64,000 nucleotides of DNA from a candidate division Zixibacteria bacterium SM23_73_2. GTDB lineage: Bacteria; Zixibacteria; MSB-5A5; SM23-73-2. Below the pieces are notes generated by a model, which saw only the letters and a program-made list of their open reading frames with translations, was not told where the DNA came from and ran no database searches. A program made the translations under genes and the position numbers. The stretch is from NCBI GenBank assembly GCA_001304315.1, contig LJUW01000004.1, positions 1,018 through 65,017 on the forward strand, in the 5' to 3' direction. This document shows, one piece after another, positions 1 through 9,038 of this stretch (positions are counted from its first letter, which is position 1; every line of letters starts with the position of its first letter).

Positions 1-149
1 TTCTGCACGAAGATAACTACCGCTTAATGAAAACTGCCCTGGATCAAGGGTTTTTGCAGAGCGGTGGGTGGTGGCAATACACCCAAAGAAAAAGAAAGCT
101 GCTCCCAGGAGAAAAAGACATTCCTTCCAGGTAAATAGTTTCCACCTAT

Positions 150-794
150 TCATCTGAATCCTCCTTGGTTATGTGGTAAATTTTTGATTATGGCCCGCTG
201 CAACAAACGCAGCTGTATAATCATTATTAAAGTATGCACCACAATGGTAATATTGGTGATGACAGTTAGAAGAAGAATAGTCGTTAGAACAATCCAACTG
301 CTTAAAGTCACTGTTATGATGCCAAAAAAAACCGAAAAACAGACCAAACTTGCTATGTGAACACTATTAAAGTACAAACCAGGAACATCAAAACGCATGA
401 GCATCCCACGTCGGTAAGAAATTAGCAGAGCACTTAATGCGGAACCGCTTGCCAGGCCTGTCGCCAGTCGAGAAAAGGTAGTGGGAGCAAATAAGCCAAG
501 ATATCCCCCAACACCCCAATCGATTGCCATTGATCCGATAGCAATTGCAAGTATAAACAGCGAGGATTTACTAATCAGTTTAGTTCGGTCACTTGTCCAC
601 AAGGTCAAGAGAAGAAATGAAGATATAAAGCCCAGATGGAGTCCCATGCAGCGCGGGCAAAGAAGAATCTTTCTGCCATCAACGCTCATTAGGATAGTGG
701 AATCCTGGTGACAAATTAGTCCGAAAATCATCCCAGCAATCTTTTCTATTATTATTTCCAAGCCTCCATTTCCTCCCTTGATATTTTGAAGCAA
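150..794 (-). CDS. Polytopic membrane protein, DUF2085-like
   Basis: About 5 predicted TM helices. N-terminal 'CHQDS...CPRCMGLH' cysteine/histidine motif resembles the DUF2085 family. No catalytic motif seen. Confidence 0.4.
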   Translation of the reverse strand: MLQNIKGGNGGLEIIIEKIAGMIFGLICHQDSTILMSVDGRKILLCPRCMGLHLGFISSFLLLTLWTSDRTKLISKSSLFILAIAIGSMAIDWGVGGYLGLFAPTTFSRLATGLASGSALSALLISYRRGMLMRFDVPGLYFNSVHIASLVCFSVFFGIITVTLSSWIVLTTILLLTVITNITIVVHTLIMIIQLRLLQRAIIKNLPHNQGGFR

Positions 795-1010
795 ATTCTG
801 TGCGCAAAATTTCTTTCAACTCAATCAGAGCCTCAATACAATAAATGTAAATTCCTATAACTGAACTATCCTTCTTTCTCCTTTTTGTTTATTTTCACCA
901 GCTTTAGCTTTCTATTAATTCATTAATACTCCAAAAATCGAACTTCCGGTAAGGGCATCTTTTCCCCTTAGCCTCTTTAATCTTATGATGAAAATAACCT
1001 TTCCTATCAA

Positions 1011-1063
1011 AACCTAAATCATCCTAATCTTCTTCCCCTCCCCTTCTGAAAAACCTCCATCAC
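1011..1063. repeat. Direct repeat R1 (diverged copy of the 3' end of the alpha-oxoamine synthase gene)
   Basis: About 80% identical to 1625-1676. R2 there encodes the gene's C-terminus '...[13 protein letters not shown]'. R1 is non-coding. Confidence 0.55.
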
Positions 1064-1079
1064 CTTATTCAACAAACCC

Positions 1080-1547
1080 TTATCCCGCTCGTATTGATTT
1101 GTGAAAATGAACAATAACCCACTGATTCTCCCGCTTCTCCAGAACCCAGGTACACCTGACGGGCATATCAACGGGATTCTCATCCATCCAGGTCTTAAGG
1201 TTCCACAAACAGGTTGCCCATGCCAGTTTTCCCGTGTCCGATACGTGGATTTTAAGGTCGTTGATCTCGATTTTGGTCTTGGATAAAGAGGCGTTTTGAT
1301 CCTCCATAACTTTTTTAAGAGCCTCCCATCCGATTATTGGATACCCAAAGCTGCCGAAATTAACCATCTCCGGATCGTGAGCCACGTTCTCTGCATAAAG
1401 CTCCATATCCTCATTTTCAACGCTTGCCACGTAGTTATCCAGAACGGTCCTTATTTTTGACCTTTCCGCTTCTATATTAACCCGTTGTTCACAGCTCAAA
1501 GGGAATATAAAAGCTAACACCACAAAAAGGACAAATCCCCTCTTCAT
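1080..1547 (-). CDS. NTF2-like / SnoaL-like (DUF4440) lipoprotein
   Basis: Signal peptide with lipobox-like 'FPLSC'. About 130-aa alpha+beta cone fold signature (W...W, 'WVIVHFH'). Confidence 0.5.
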   Translation of the reverse strand: MKRGFVLFVVLAFIFPLSCEQRVNIEAERSKIRTVLDNYVASVENEDMELYAENVAHDPEMVNFGSFGYPIIGWEALKKVMEDQNASLSKTKIEINDLKIHVSDTGKLAWATCLWNLKTWMDENPVDMPVRCTWVLEKRENQWVIVHFHKSIRAG

Positions 1548-1624
1548 AAGATACCTCCTTTGGATTTATTTAAAAGCCAGAAGAAATCAACTGCTATCTC
1601 CATATTGATTTAAATCCGTGAAAA

Positions 1625-1676
1625 AACCTAAATCACCCCCATCCCCTTACCCACCTTCTCGAAAACCTCCAGCACC
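1625..1676. repeat. Direct repeat R2 (functional 3' end of the alpha-oxoamine synthase gene)
   Basis: See R1. Together they bracket a 543-bp segment holding only the NTF2-like lipoprotein gene. Confidence 0.55.
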
Positions 1677-2809
1677 CTATCCATTTGCCTATCAGTATGG
1701 GTAGCAGTATAGCTTGTTCTCAAAAGCTGGAACCCGGGTGAGACCGCTGGGGAGATTATCGGGTTGGTGAAGATCCCCTCATCGAAAAGCATCTTCCAGA
1801 ACTGAAAGCATTTCATGTCATCGCCTATATATATCGGAATTATCGGGGTCTGAGTGGGACCTATATCAAATCCCATATTCTTGTATTCCCTTTGCATCCT
1901 GTGGGCTATATCCCACAATCTTTCTCTGCGCTCAGGCTCGGTTTCGATAATGTCCAAAGCTGCCAAACAGGTGGCCACTGCTGATGGTGGCATTGAGGCG
2001 GAAAAGATCAAAGTCCTGGATATATGCTTGATGTAGTGAATTACATCCTCTGGTCCTGCTATAAAACCACCTATGGAGGCGAAGGATTTGGAAAAGGTCC
2101 CCATAACTAAATCCACCTCATCCTCCATTCCAAAATGCTCGCCGGTTCCCCTACCATTCTCCCCTAAAACTCCGATGGCATGGGCATCATCAACCATCAC
2201 TCGAGCATCATATTTTTTAGCTAACCTTATGATCTCAGGCAGGTTGGCAATGTCCCCCTCCATGCTGAAAACACCATCCACGATAATCATCTTCCCCCAC
2301 TCCTTGTCGCAGCTTGCTAAAACCCTTTCCAGATCAGACATGTCATTGTGCTTGAATTTCAAAACCTTTCCAAAGGAAAGCCTGCACCCATCAACTATGC
2401 TGGCATGGTCCGAGCGGTCGGTTATCATATAATCCCTTTTGCCCACCAAAGGGGAGATGGTTCCTAAATTGGTCTGAAATCCAGTGGAGAATACCAGGGC
2501 TGACTCTTTTTTCATAAACTTGGCCAGCCTTCTTTCCAGCTCCTCGTGTATATCCAGAGTTCCGTTCAAAAATCTTGAGCCGGTGCAGCCTGAGCCATAT
2601 CTTTCAACAGCCTCGATCGCAGCCAGTTTAACCCTGGGATCACTGGTCAAACCAAGATAATTGTTCGACCCTATCATTATTATCTTTTTGCCGTTGATTA
2701 TCACCTCGGTATCCGCACCTGAGGAGATGGGATTAAAATAGGGATAGATACCCCTTGCCATTACCTCCTTGGCATCCTGGTAATTTTTGCATTTATCGAA
2801 AATATCCAC
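1628..2809 (-). CDS. PLP-dependent alpha-oxoamine synthase family acyltransferase (2-amino-3-ketobutyrate CoA ligase / serine palmitoyltransferase / BioF-like)
   Basis: 'GSNNYLGL' N-terminal motif and PLP-lysine context '[15 protein letters not shown]'. Length 393 aa is typical of Kbl/SPT/BioF. Exact substrate not assignable. Confidence 0.75.
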   Translation of the reverse strand: MDIFDKCKNYQDAKEVMARGIYPYFNPISSGADTEVIINGKKIIMIGSNNYLGLTSDPRVKLAAIEAVERYGSGCTGSRFLNGTLDIHEELERRLAKFMKKESALVFSTGFQTNLGTISPLVGKRDYMITDRSDHASIVDGCRLSFGKVLKFKHNDMSDLERVLASCDKEWGKMIIVDGVFSMEGDIANLPEIIRLAKKYDARVMVDDAHAIGVLGENGRGTGEHFGMEDEVDLVMGTFSKSFASIGGFIAGPEDVIHYIKHISRTLIFSASMPPSAVATCLAALDIIETEPERRERLWDIAHRMQREYKNMGFDIGPTQTPIIPIYIGDDMKCFQFWKMLFDEGIFTNPIISPAVSPGFQLLRTSYTATHTDRQMDRVLEVFEKVGKGMGVI

Positions 2810-2937
2810 TTCTTTGACCTTCTTTGAGATTATTGTTGCTAATCCTTCAAAATTTGATATTTTTAGAAATCATGAAATATTTAATTTTTTATCTTATGAA
2901 ATAAAACAGGTTTTGTCAAGTAAAAATACCAAGTATT

Positions 2938-3939
2938 TTGAATCAAGAAATCCAACAGAAAAAGGCTTTAGTCACGGGTGCAAATGGATTTGTAGGAAGC
3001 CATCTGGTAGAGGCTTTGTTAGAAAGGGATTATAAAGTCAAATCCATGGTGAGAAAAACAAGCAACTTAAGATGGCTTTCCGGATTGGATGTAGAATTTA
3101 TCTACGGTAACCTTTTTGACAAAAGCTTTCTGGAAAAAGCTGTGTCCGATGTTGATTTAGTATTTCACGCTGCTGCTTTAACCAAGGCTAAAAACAAAGA
3201 GGAGTTTCACCGGGTAAATTACCAGGGTACTAAAAACCTGATCCAGGCATGCTATGACAAAAATCCCGAATTGAAAAGGTTTGTGCTCATTAGCTCCCAT
3301 GCAGCTGTCGGACCCACAAAAGAGTTTATGTCCTCAGATGAGAATACCCTCCCCAATCCAATATCAGAATATGGCAAAAGCAAGCTTCTGGCTGAAAAGG
3401 AGGTCTTGAATTACAAAGATAAGCTTCCGGTGACCATAATAAGACCGCCAGCAGTCTATGGTCCCAGGGACACAGATATGTACATGTTTTTTAAATTGAT
3501 TAAAAAGGGAATAAAACCGCTTTTCGGATGGGGCGAAAGCCAAGTCAGCCTGATTTACGTAAAAGATCTGGTCCAAGGGATTATCCTGTCCGCAGAATCA
3601 GAAAAAGCAAAAGGAGAAATCTTTTTTTTATCAGATGATAAAAGCTATTCTTTCAGGGAAGCGGAAAAAACAATACAGGATAGATTAAAGGTAAAAGCCA
3701 TTTATCTGAGGATGCCAAAGTTCCTCTTTATGACCGTTGCTTTTTTGTCTGGGCTTTCTGGAAAACTAAAAGGTAGTGTAGGTGCTCTGAATCTGGACAA
3801 GGCAAAGGAGATCACTCAAAAATACTGGGTCTGCACCTCCAAAAAAGCTAAAGCTGAGCTTGGATTTTCGCCTAAGTATACTTTTGAAAAAGGGGTCAAG
3901 GAGACTGCCCAATGGTATAAAAATCTTGGGTGGCTCTAA
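2938..3939 (+). CDS. NAD-dependent epimerase/dehydratase (extended SDR)
   Basis: Rossmann 'LVTGANGFVGSHLVEAL' motif and YxxxK region. Divergently transcribed from the alpha-oxoamine synthase gene. Confidence 0.75.
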   Translation: MNQEIQQKKALVTGANGFVGSHLVEALLERDYKVKSMVRKTSNLRWLSGLDVEFIYGNLFDKSFLEKAVSDVDLVFHAAALTKAKNKEEFHRVNYQGTKNLIQACYDKNPELKRFVLISSHAAVGPTKEFMSSDENTLPNPISEYGKSKLLAEKEVLNYKDKLPVTIIRPPAVYGPRDTDMYMFFKLIKKGIKPLFGWGESQVSLIYVKDLVQGIILSAESEKAKGEIFFLSDDKSYSFREAEKTIQDRLKVKAIYLRMPKFLFMTVAFLSGLSGKLKGSVGALNLDKAKEITQKYWVCTSKKAKAELGFSPKYTFEKGVKETAQWYKNLGWL

Positions 3940-3979
3940 ATCCGGAGTGTAAAAACTTGTTTTTACGAAATAAGAGACC

Positions 3980-5134
3980 ATGAAAACAAAAAATGTCGAT
4001 CTAAAAAAAATCAGAGACGAGTTCCCCTTTACCAAAAATAATATAATCTTTTTAAACCACGCCTCCTTTGGACCCATTCCCCAGTGTACTTTAAAAGCAA
4101 AATTGGAGTATCTGAAATACGCCTCATTACAAAAGACCCAGAACATCGACCAGATGTGTTTTGATATTCTGGATGATACACGGAAAAAAGCAGCCAAATT
4201 GATCAATGCAAAAACAGAGGAGATCGGGTATTCCTTCAATACCTCCTATGGTTTGAATTTCGCTGTCTGGGGGCTGGATTTAAAACCAGATGATAAAGTC
4301 CTTCTGTCCGATGTGGAATTCCCGGCAAACGTCTATCCCTGGCTCAATCTCAAAAGCAAAGGGGTGAAGATAAAGCTTGTCCCCAGCAAAGACAGATTTT
4401 TCGATATAGATAAATTCAAAAAATCCATAGATTCAAAAACCAAGGTTTTATCCCTAAGTTATGTCCAGTTCCTTAACGGTTTTAAAAACGATCTGGAGGA
4501 GATCGGAAAAATATGCGAAAAGAAGGATATTTTCTTTGTGGTGGACGCAATTCAGGGAATAGGGAATTTAAATTTAGATGTCAGGAAACTGAAAATTGAC
4601 TTCTTAAGCACCGGAGGAGCAAAGTGGCTTTTATCCGGGCTGGGCACCGGATTTTTCTATTATTCCAAAAATGCCAAAAAAAAGCTTAACCCCTCCTTTT
4701 TCGGATGGATGGGTGTTGACTGGAAAGTAGATTTCACCGATCTATTGAATTTCGATTTAGACCCCTTTGAAGACGCCCGAAGATTTGCAACCGGCTCCCA
4801 CCCTTTTGAAAACGTAATCGCCATGCACACCTCCCTGGGATTTCTTTTAGATATCGGGATAAAAAAAATTGAAAGACATAACAAAAAGCTTCTTGACATC
4901 CTGATAAATTATTTAAAAGATTCCACCTATAAGATAAAAAGTGACCTTTCCCCCAGGCATAGATCCTCTATTTTATCCTTCACCTGCAAAAACAGCAAAA
5001 ATCTGTTCGAGAAACTCACACAGAAGAAGATAATTTCCTCTTACCGGGAAAAAGCGATAAGAGTATCCCCGCATTTTTATAATACAGAAGAAGAAATAGA
5101 GGAGCTGATTAAAATTTTAAAGAAAAACGCATAA
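3980..5134 (+). CDS. Class V aminotransferase / cysteine desulfurase-like PLP enzyme
   Basis: 'FLNHASFGPIP' N-terminus and fold-type I PLP layout typical of aminotransferase class V (SufS/CsdA/isopenicillin-N epimerase-like). Confidence 0.65.
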   Translation: MKTKNVDLKKIRDEFPFTKNNIIFLNHASFGPIPQCTLKAKLEYLKYASLQKTQNIDQMCFDILDDTRKKAAKLINAKTEEIGYSFNTSYGLNFAVWGLDLKPDDKVLLSDVEFPANVYPWLNLKSKGVKIKLVPSKDRFFDIDKFKKSIDSKTKVLSLSYVQFLNGFKNDLEEIGKICEKKDIFFVVDAIQGIGNLNLDVRKLKIDFLSTGGAKWLLSGLGTGFFYYSKNAKKKLNPSFFGWMGVDWKVDFTDLLNFDLDPFEDARRFATGSHPFENVIAMHTSLGFLLDIGIKKIERHNKKLLDILINYLKDSTYKIKSDLSPRHRSSILSFTCKNSKNLFEKLTQKKIISSYREKAIRVSPHFYNTEEEIEELIKILKKNA

Positions 5135-5137
5135 AAT

Positions 5138-5190
5138 AACCTCTCCCTTTTCCCCTCTCCTTTTTAAGGAGAGGGACAGGATGAGGTAAA
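5138..5190. repeat. REP-like hairpin repeat, copy 1 ('cccctctcc-ttttt-aaggagaggg-acaggRtgaggtaaa')
   Basis: 10-bp perfect stem 'ccctctcctt/aaggagaggg'. Nearly identical copy at 5294-5345; degenerate copies at 5688-5730 and 5879-5922. Confidence 0.7.
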
Positions 5191-5293
5191 ATCCGATCAG
5201 GTGAAAAATAAACCCTATCCCAAAGTTTTTTCACATATCCCCGTTGAGTAGAGTATTAAGTCCTCCAAAGAAATAAATCTCAATATTACTAAT

Positions 5294-5345
5294 AACCTCT
5301 CCCTTTTCCCCTCTCCTTTTAAGGAGAGGGACAGGGTGAGGTAAA
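5294..5345. repeat. REP-like hairpin repeat, copy 2
   Basis: 51/52 nt identical to copy 1, including the flanking 'aataacctctccc'. Confidence 0.7.
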
Positions 5346-5393
5346 CCTCGCTAAGAAACAAAAATGATTTCTCGAAAAAATCAGGGACAGGTC

Positions 5394-5417
5394 ATATGAC
5401 CTGTCCCAGTAAGGCTT
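5394..5417. repeat. 24-bp perfect palindrome 'gggacaggtcatatgacctgtccc'
   Basis: Perfect inverted repeat. Shares 'ggacagg(tc)' with the repeat cores and with the MITE-like element at 24652. Confidence 0.6.
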
Positions 5418-5687
5418 TGCAGAAAAAACCCCCTCCAAGAGATTAAAGAAAGGCGGGATAATTTTCCTTTTAAATAAAAACTATTATACTAATCACCCCA
5501 GGGATGTCCCTGAGAGGGCACTGTACCTGAACTTACTTCAGATCCTGGATTTTTGATATACGGACTCTTTCTTTCAAACATCATACTTGTTTTGTTTATG
5601 ATTTTAAGGTTTACCTTTCTTTTTACAGATAAGTATACGCCCAGAACACTTTTAGGTTCCAAAAATCTTTCAAAAACCTCACTCACA

Positions 5688-5730
5688 AATCCCTCTCCTT
5701 TAGAGGAGAGGGATAACAGGGTGAGGTGTA
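5688..5730. repeat. REP-like hairpin repeat, degenerate copy 3
   Basis: 'ccctctcctttagaggagagggataacagggtgaggtgta' keeps the stem and the 'cagggtgaggt' tail. Confidence 0.5.
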
Positions 5731-5878
5731 TCAGCTAACTTCGATCGCTTTTAATGTTTTTGGAAATCAATAAGATATGGCGGAGTTTAAATGAGCTCCA
5801 TCAAAAAGAACGACTTAAAAGCTAAACTTTCCTCTACAAAAAAGCTAATCTTTAGGGGAAAAAAATCCAATCCCATCT

Positions 5879-5922
5879 ATTCCCCTCTCCTCTTGAGGAG
5901 TTGGGCAATGGGTAAGGTTAAA
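5879..5922. repeat. REP-like hairpin repeat, degenerate copy 4
   Basis: 'tcccctctcctcttgaggagttgggcaatgggtaaggttaaa' has a partial stem and a 'ggtaaggttaaa' tail. Confidence 0.4.
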
Positions 5923-5992
5923 TAAACAAGCTTCCTCACCTTAAGCCTGCATGATTTTTATCTGGTATACAAAAATATCAAACATTTTTCTC

Positions 5993-6021
5993 TTGACATA
6001 TTTCAAACATTTATGGTAAAT
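5993..6021 (+). promoter_or_regulatory. Sigma-70-like promoter candidate for the RRE-S2P-HlyD gene
   Basis: TTGACA at 5993-5998, 17-nt spacer, then GTAAAT/TAAATT at 6016-6022. About 25 bp upstream of the ATG at 6046. Confidence 0.35.
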
Positions 6022-6045
6022 TAACAAAAACAATCCAAAAAGAAA

Positions 6046-8376
6046 ATGCCTGAGGAATATCCCAAGATTAGAGAGGATTTAATCAAAACCGAGCAAAAGT
6101 TCGAGGGGGAAACCTATTATGTGATAAAAGACCCCCGGACAAAAAGATTTTTCAGGGTAAAAGAATTCGAATACTTCATTATCCAGAATCTGAACGGGGA
6201 AAATACAAAAGAGAAAATCAGAGAAATATTCGAAGCCCGATTTAAAATAAAATTAAAACCCGAGGTTTTGGATAAATTCATCCTTAATCTAAAGAACTCC
6301 CATTTTTTGGAAACCGAGATAACCAGAAGAGAACTTTCCAAAGTCAGTTACCAGACCGAAAAAGATAAAAACCTCTTAAAGAAAATCCTTTTCATAAAGA
6401 TCAAAGCTTTTGATCCGGACAAATTTTTAACCGGACTTCTAAAAAAAACCAAATTCTTCTACACAAAAAAGTTTTTATACCTGTCCCTTCTGGCGATATT
6501 TTTAGCCCTAATAGTAACCGTATCCAACTGGGGGGATTTAGGCTACAGCCTCAAAAGACTCTATCACCCCTCCACCATCATAAAGGTCTGGGTAGCTTTA
6601 TTTCTTATGGGATTTTTTCACGAGATAGGACACGCTCTAACTTGCAAATACTATGGCGGAGAGGTCCGCGAGATGGGGCTTTTACTGATCTATCTTCAGC
6701 CCGCATTTTACACCAACGTCTCCGATGCCTGGATGTTTCCGGAGAAGAAAAAAAAGCTTCTGGTCTCTCTGGCTGGTCCTTTTGTGCAACTTTTTTTATG
6801 GGCGGTAGCAACCATACTCTGGAGGATAACCGCACTGGATACTCAACTGAACGGTTTCCTCCTAGTTTTTATGATCGCCTCGGGGATTTTGCTTCTGTTC
6901 AACTTCAACCCTTTGATAAAACTGGACGGCTATTACATCCTGTCAGATTATCTTGAGATTCCCAATCTGAGAAAAAAAGCTTTTGGTTTCTTGAATAACC
7001 TTTTCAAAAGAAAAATGCTTAAGTTAAATCCTCCTGAAACAGATTTCTTAATGCATACGCACCTTTCCAAAAAACAGAAAAAAACTTATCTGTTATACGG
7101 ATTTTTCTCGATCGTCTATTCGGTTCTTCTCTTAGGTTATATTTTCATCAAGGTGGAGATTTTTTTAGTCTCGAATCTTCAGGCTTACGGATTCTTTTTG
7201 TTTTTGTTGATTTTATACATTATATTCAAAAATCCGGTCGGGATTATTCTTGCCGGAGCTTTGAATTTTTTTCTTTTTAAAAAGGAGCAGATGAGAAAAC
7301 CAAAAAAACTTCTAACCTACCTCATAATTATAGTTGCCGTCATTCTTTTTCTGTTTCTTTTTCCGGTGGAGCTGAGAATCTCATCCCCCTGCCAGATTCA
7401 ACCCCTGAAGTCTTACACTCTCACCACCCAGCCGGATGGATATCTTCTGGAAAACCTTCTGGTCTCCGGATCAGAGCAAAGAAAGAATACAAATTTTTTA
7501 AAGCTCATGTCCGGTGACTACGGAGTGGTTAATCTAAAATCCAAACTTAAAGAAGGGGACCGGGTAAAAGAGGGTGAAATTATAGCTACTATTACTTCTG
7601 CCCAGTATCAAATCCAGCTAAAAGGAATAAATGCCAAAATTGAAAAATCAAAAGTTTACTTAGAATATCTTCAGAACCTACCCAGAAAAGAGGAGCTAAA
7701 GAAAGCAAAGGATAAAGTCAAACAAGCAGAAATAAAATTGGAAGCTAAAGAAAAGGATCTGAAAAGAGCCATAAACCTACATGCTGAAAATCTGATCTCA
7801 GATGAGGAGTTCGAAAAAATTCAAACCGATTATTCGGTACTGAACAAAGAAAAACAAATCGCCCAAAACGATCTCTCGATAGTAGAGGCGGGAGCTGAGC
7901 CGGAACAGATAAAGATGGCTCAGGCAGAGCTTAAGGAGCTGAAAGCGGAAAAAGAGGCGCTCGAGTCCCAGATAAAAGCCTCAACCTTAAAAAGCCCCAT
8001 CTCGGGAGTGGTTACCCAGGCCAGAGCCGATTCGGTCTTTTTGAAAATCGAGAATCTGGATACGGTGAGGGTTTTTATAAAAGTATCGGAAAAAGACATG
8101 GATGTGGTTAAACCGGATCTTAAGGTCAAGGCGAAGTTCCGCTCCTATCCCTTTGAATCCTTTTACGGGAAGGTCTCAGAGATATCCTTCAAATCCGATG
8201 ATCTGGGGAAAAAGAGCGTTTTTTTAGTTTCCAGTAAGATAGAGAACCAGGACAGTCTTTTAAGATCGGGAATGACCGGGAATGCTAAAATCTACTGCGG
8301 GAAAAGAAGTCTACTCTATATTCTGACCAGAGGAATAATCCATTACATCCGGGTGGAATTCTGGTCCTGGTGGTAA
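6046..8376 (+). CDS. Tripartite fusion: PqqD-like RRE domain + site-2-protease-type M50 intramembrane metalloprotease + HlyD-like membrane-fusion adaptor
   Basis: - Residues 1-95 ('YYVIKDPRTKRFF..FEYFIIQNLNGENT..IREIF') fit the PqqD/RRE leader-peptide-binding fold.
- 'FFHEIGHAL' HExxH in a TM helix plus a downstream 'NPLIKLDG' (S2P LDG motif), in a multi-TM core.
- C-terminal ~320 aa carry a long coiled coil and an 'SPISGVV' beta-barrel motif typical of HlyD/MFP adaptors. Confidence 0.7.
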   Translation: MPEEYPKIREDLIKTEQKFEGETYYVIKDPRTKRFFRVKEFEYFIIQNLNGENTKEKIREIFEARFKIKLKPEVLDKFILNLKNSHFLETEITRRELSKVSYQTEKDKNLLKKILFIKIKAFDPDKFLTGLLKKTKFFYTKKFLYLSLLAIFLALIVTVSNWGDLGYSLKRLYHPSTIIKVWVALFLMGFFHEIGHALTCKYYGGEVREMGLLLIYLQPAFYTNVSDAWMFPEKKKKLLVSLAGPFVQLFLWAVATILWRITALDTQLNGFLLVFMIASGILLLFNFNPLIKLDGYYILSDYLEIPNLRKKAFGFLNNLFKRKMLKLNPPETDFLMHTHLSKKQKKTYLLYGFFSIVYSVLLLGYIFIKVEIFLVSNLQAYGFFLFLLILYIIFKNPVGIILAGALNFFLFKKEQMRKPKKLLTYLIIIVAVILFLFLFPVELRISSPCQIQPLKSYTLTTQPDGYLLENLLVSGSEQRKNTNFLKLMSGDYGVVNLKSKLKEGDRVKEGEIIATITSAQYQIQLKGINAKIEKSKVYLEYLQNLPRKEELKKAKDKVKQAEIKLEAKEKDLKRAINLHAENLISDEEFEKIQTDYSVLNKEKQIAQNDLSIVEAGAEPEQIKMAQAELKELKAEKEALESQIKASTLKSPISGVVTQARADSVFLKIENLDTVRVFIKVSEKDMDVVKPDLKVKAKFRSYPFESFYGKVSEISFKSDDLGKKSVFLVSSKIENQDSLLRSGMTGNAKIYCGKRSLLYILTRGIIHYIRVEFWSWW

Positions 8377-8598
8377 TTTAAGTTGTATTTTAAAATGTTA
8401 CCGGGCTGAATACCCTGCATTATTGCCAAAACAAATTTGTCTCTCCACAGAAAAGCAATTCATACTGTCATAAGTTATTAAAAAAAAACAACTTAAACAT
8501 CAATTTGAACATTTTATCAGGGAATTTGAGGTTGAAAATCAAGCTAATCCAAATTCAATCCTGACGTATAACCTATTGGAAAAAAAAGATAAAAGGAC

Positions 8599-8627
8599 TT
8601 GACAAAAACGGGATTTGGTATTAAATT
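8599..8627 (+). promoter_or_regulatory. Sigma-70-like promoter candidate for the small-protein/sigma-54-activator operon
   Basis: TTGACA (8599-8604), 17-nt spacer, TAAATT (8622-8627). Confidence 0.35.
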
Positions 8628-8711
8628 TAAGGTGGAGTAAAACAACTTAGAACGATATAATTTTTAATTATCGTTTGTAGGAACTCATATCCTTTGATTT
8701 GGAGGGAAAAG

Positions 8712-9038
8712 ATGCTTAAAAAAATCTTAAGCCTTCTGATCTTCTTAATCCTAACTTTTTCACTCATCTTTTCGGTCTATCCCGGTCCCGGAGAGGAACC
8801 GGACATAGAGGGTCATCCCTGGAGCGACACTCGGGGTACCATTGCACCAGTGCCAGAGGAACACGTTCGCTTGATCTTTGTGTGGAATTTCAACCCGGTG
8901 CCTCATTTCACCTTAATGTTTTTCAAGAACAATCAAGTGCCCTCGCAGCAAACCCAAAAGGTAACAAAAAGAGAGGTCAGTAAAGGCAAAGACGAAATTT
9001 CTCAGAGACATAAAGATCTGAGAAAAGAAATTAAATGA
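8712..9038 (+). CDS. Small membrane-anchored/secreted protein (108 aa), translationally coupled to the sigma-54 activator
   Basis: ATG at 8712 preceded by GGAGGG. The ORF track's TTG start at 8694 is less likely. N-terminal hydrophobic segment 'ILSLLIFLILTFSLIFSV', then a P/G/E-rich region and a basic C-terminus. Stop overlaps the next start (ATGA at 9035). Confidence 0.45.
   Translation: MLKKILSLLIFLILTFSLIFSVYPGPGEEPDIEGHPWSDTRGTIAPVPEEHVRLIFVWNFNPVPHFTLMFFKNNQVPSQQTQKVTKREVSKGKDEISQRHKDLRKEIK

Noticed and set aside
481-2432. Short ORFs 481-711(+), 1101-1286(+), 1854-2036(+), 2073-2432(+), and similar antisense ORFs throughout the track, for example 3364-3576 and 4660-4899
   Set aside because: Each lies antisense or out of frame within a longer, motif-supported CDS and has low-complexity translation. 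These are standard six-frame shadows.
5489-5686. 65-aa minus-strand ORF ending '...GTVPSQGHPWGD', sharing a 'GHPW(G/S)D' motif with the 108-aa protein at 8712
   Set aside because: At the DNA level the match is only two about 10-nt blocks in different order. The ORF lies across the palindromes of the repeat region, has no RBS and overlaps another spurious ORF on the other strand. I treat it as coincidence.
5138-5925. Possible CRISPR array, considered because of repeated about 50-bp units
   Set aside because: - Spacing between copies is irregular (156, 394, 191 bp).
- Copies 3 and 4 are degenerate.
- Units are themselves hairpins with variable tails.
- No cas genes are present anywhere in the window.
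5791-5925. 44-aa K/S-rich ORF (MSSIKKNDLKAKLSSTKK...) upstream of the fusion-protease gene, considered as a possible precursor peptide for the RRE domain
   Set aside because: It has a weak RBS and its 3' half is the degenerate REP-like repeat copy 4. It has no leader/core organisation or Cys/Ser/Thr-rich core. It cannot be distinguished from a chance ORF.
8410-8432. Sigma-54-like 'GG...GC' element upstream of the small-protein/EBP operon
   Set aside because: The GG to GC spacing is 12-13 nt rather than the required 11. The flanks do not match TGGCAC/TTGCA. A sigma-70-like TTGACA-N17-TAAATT at 8599-8627 is a better fit.
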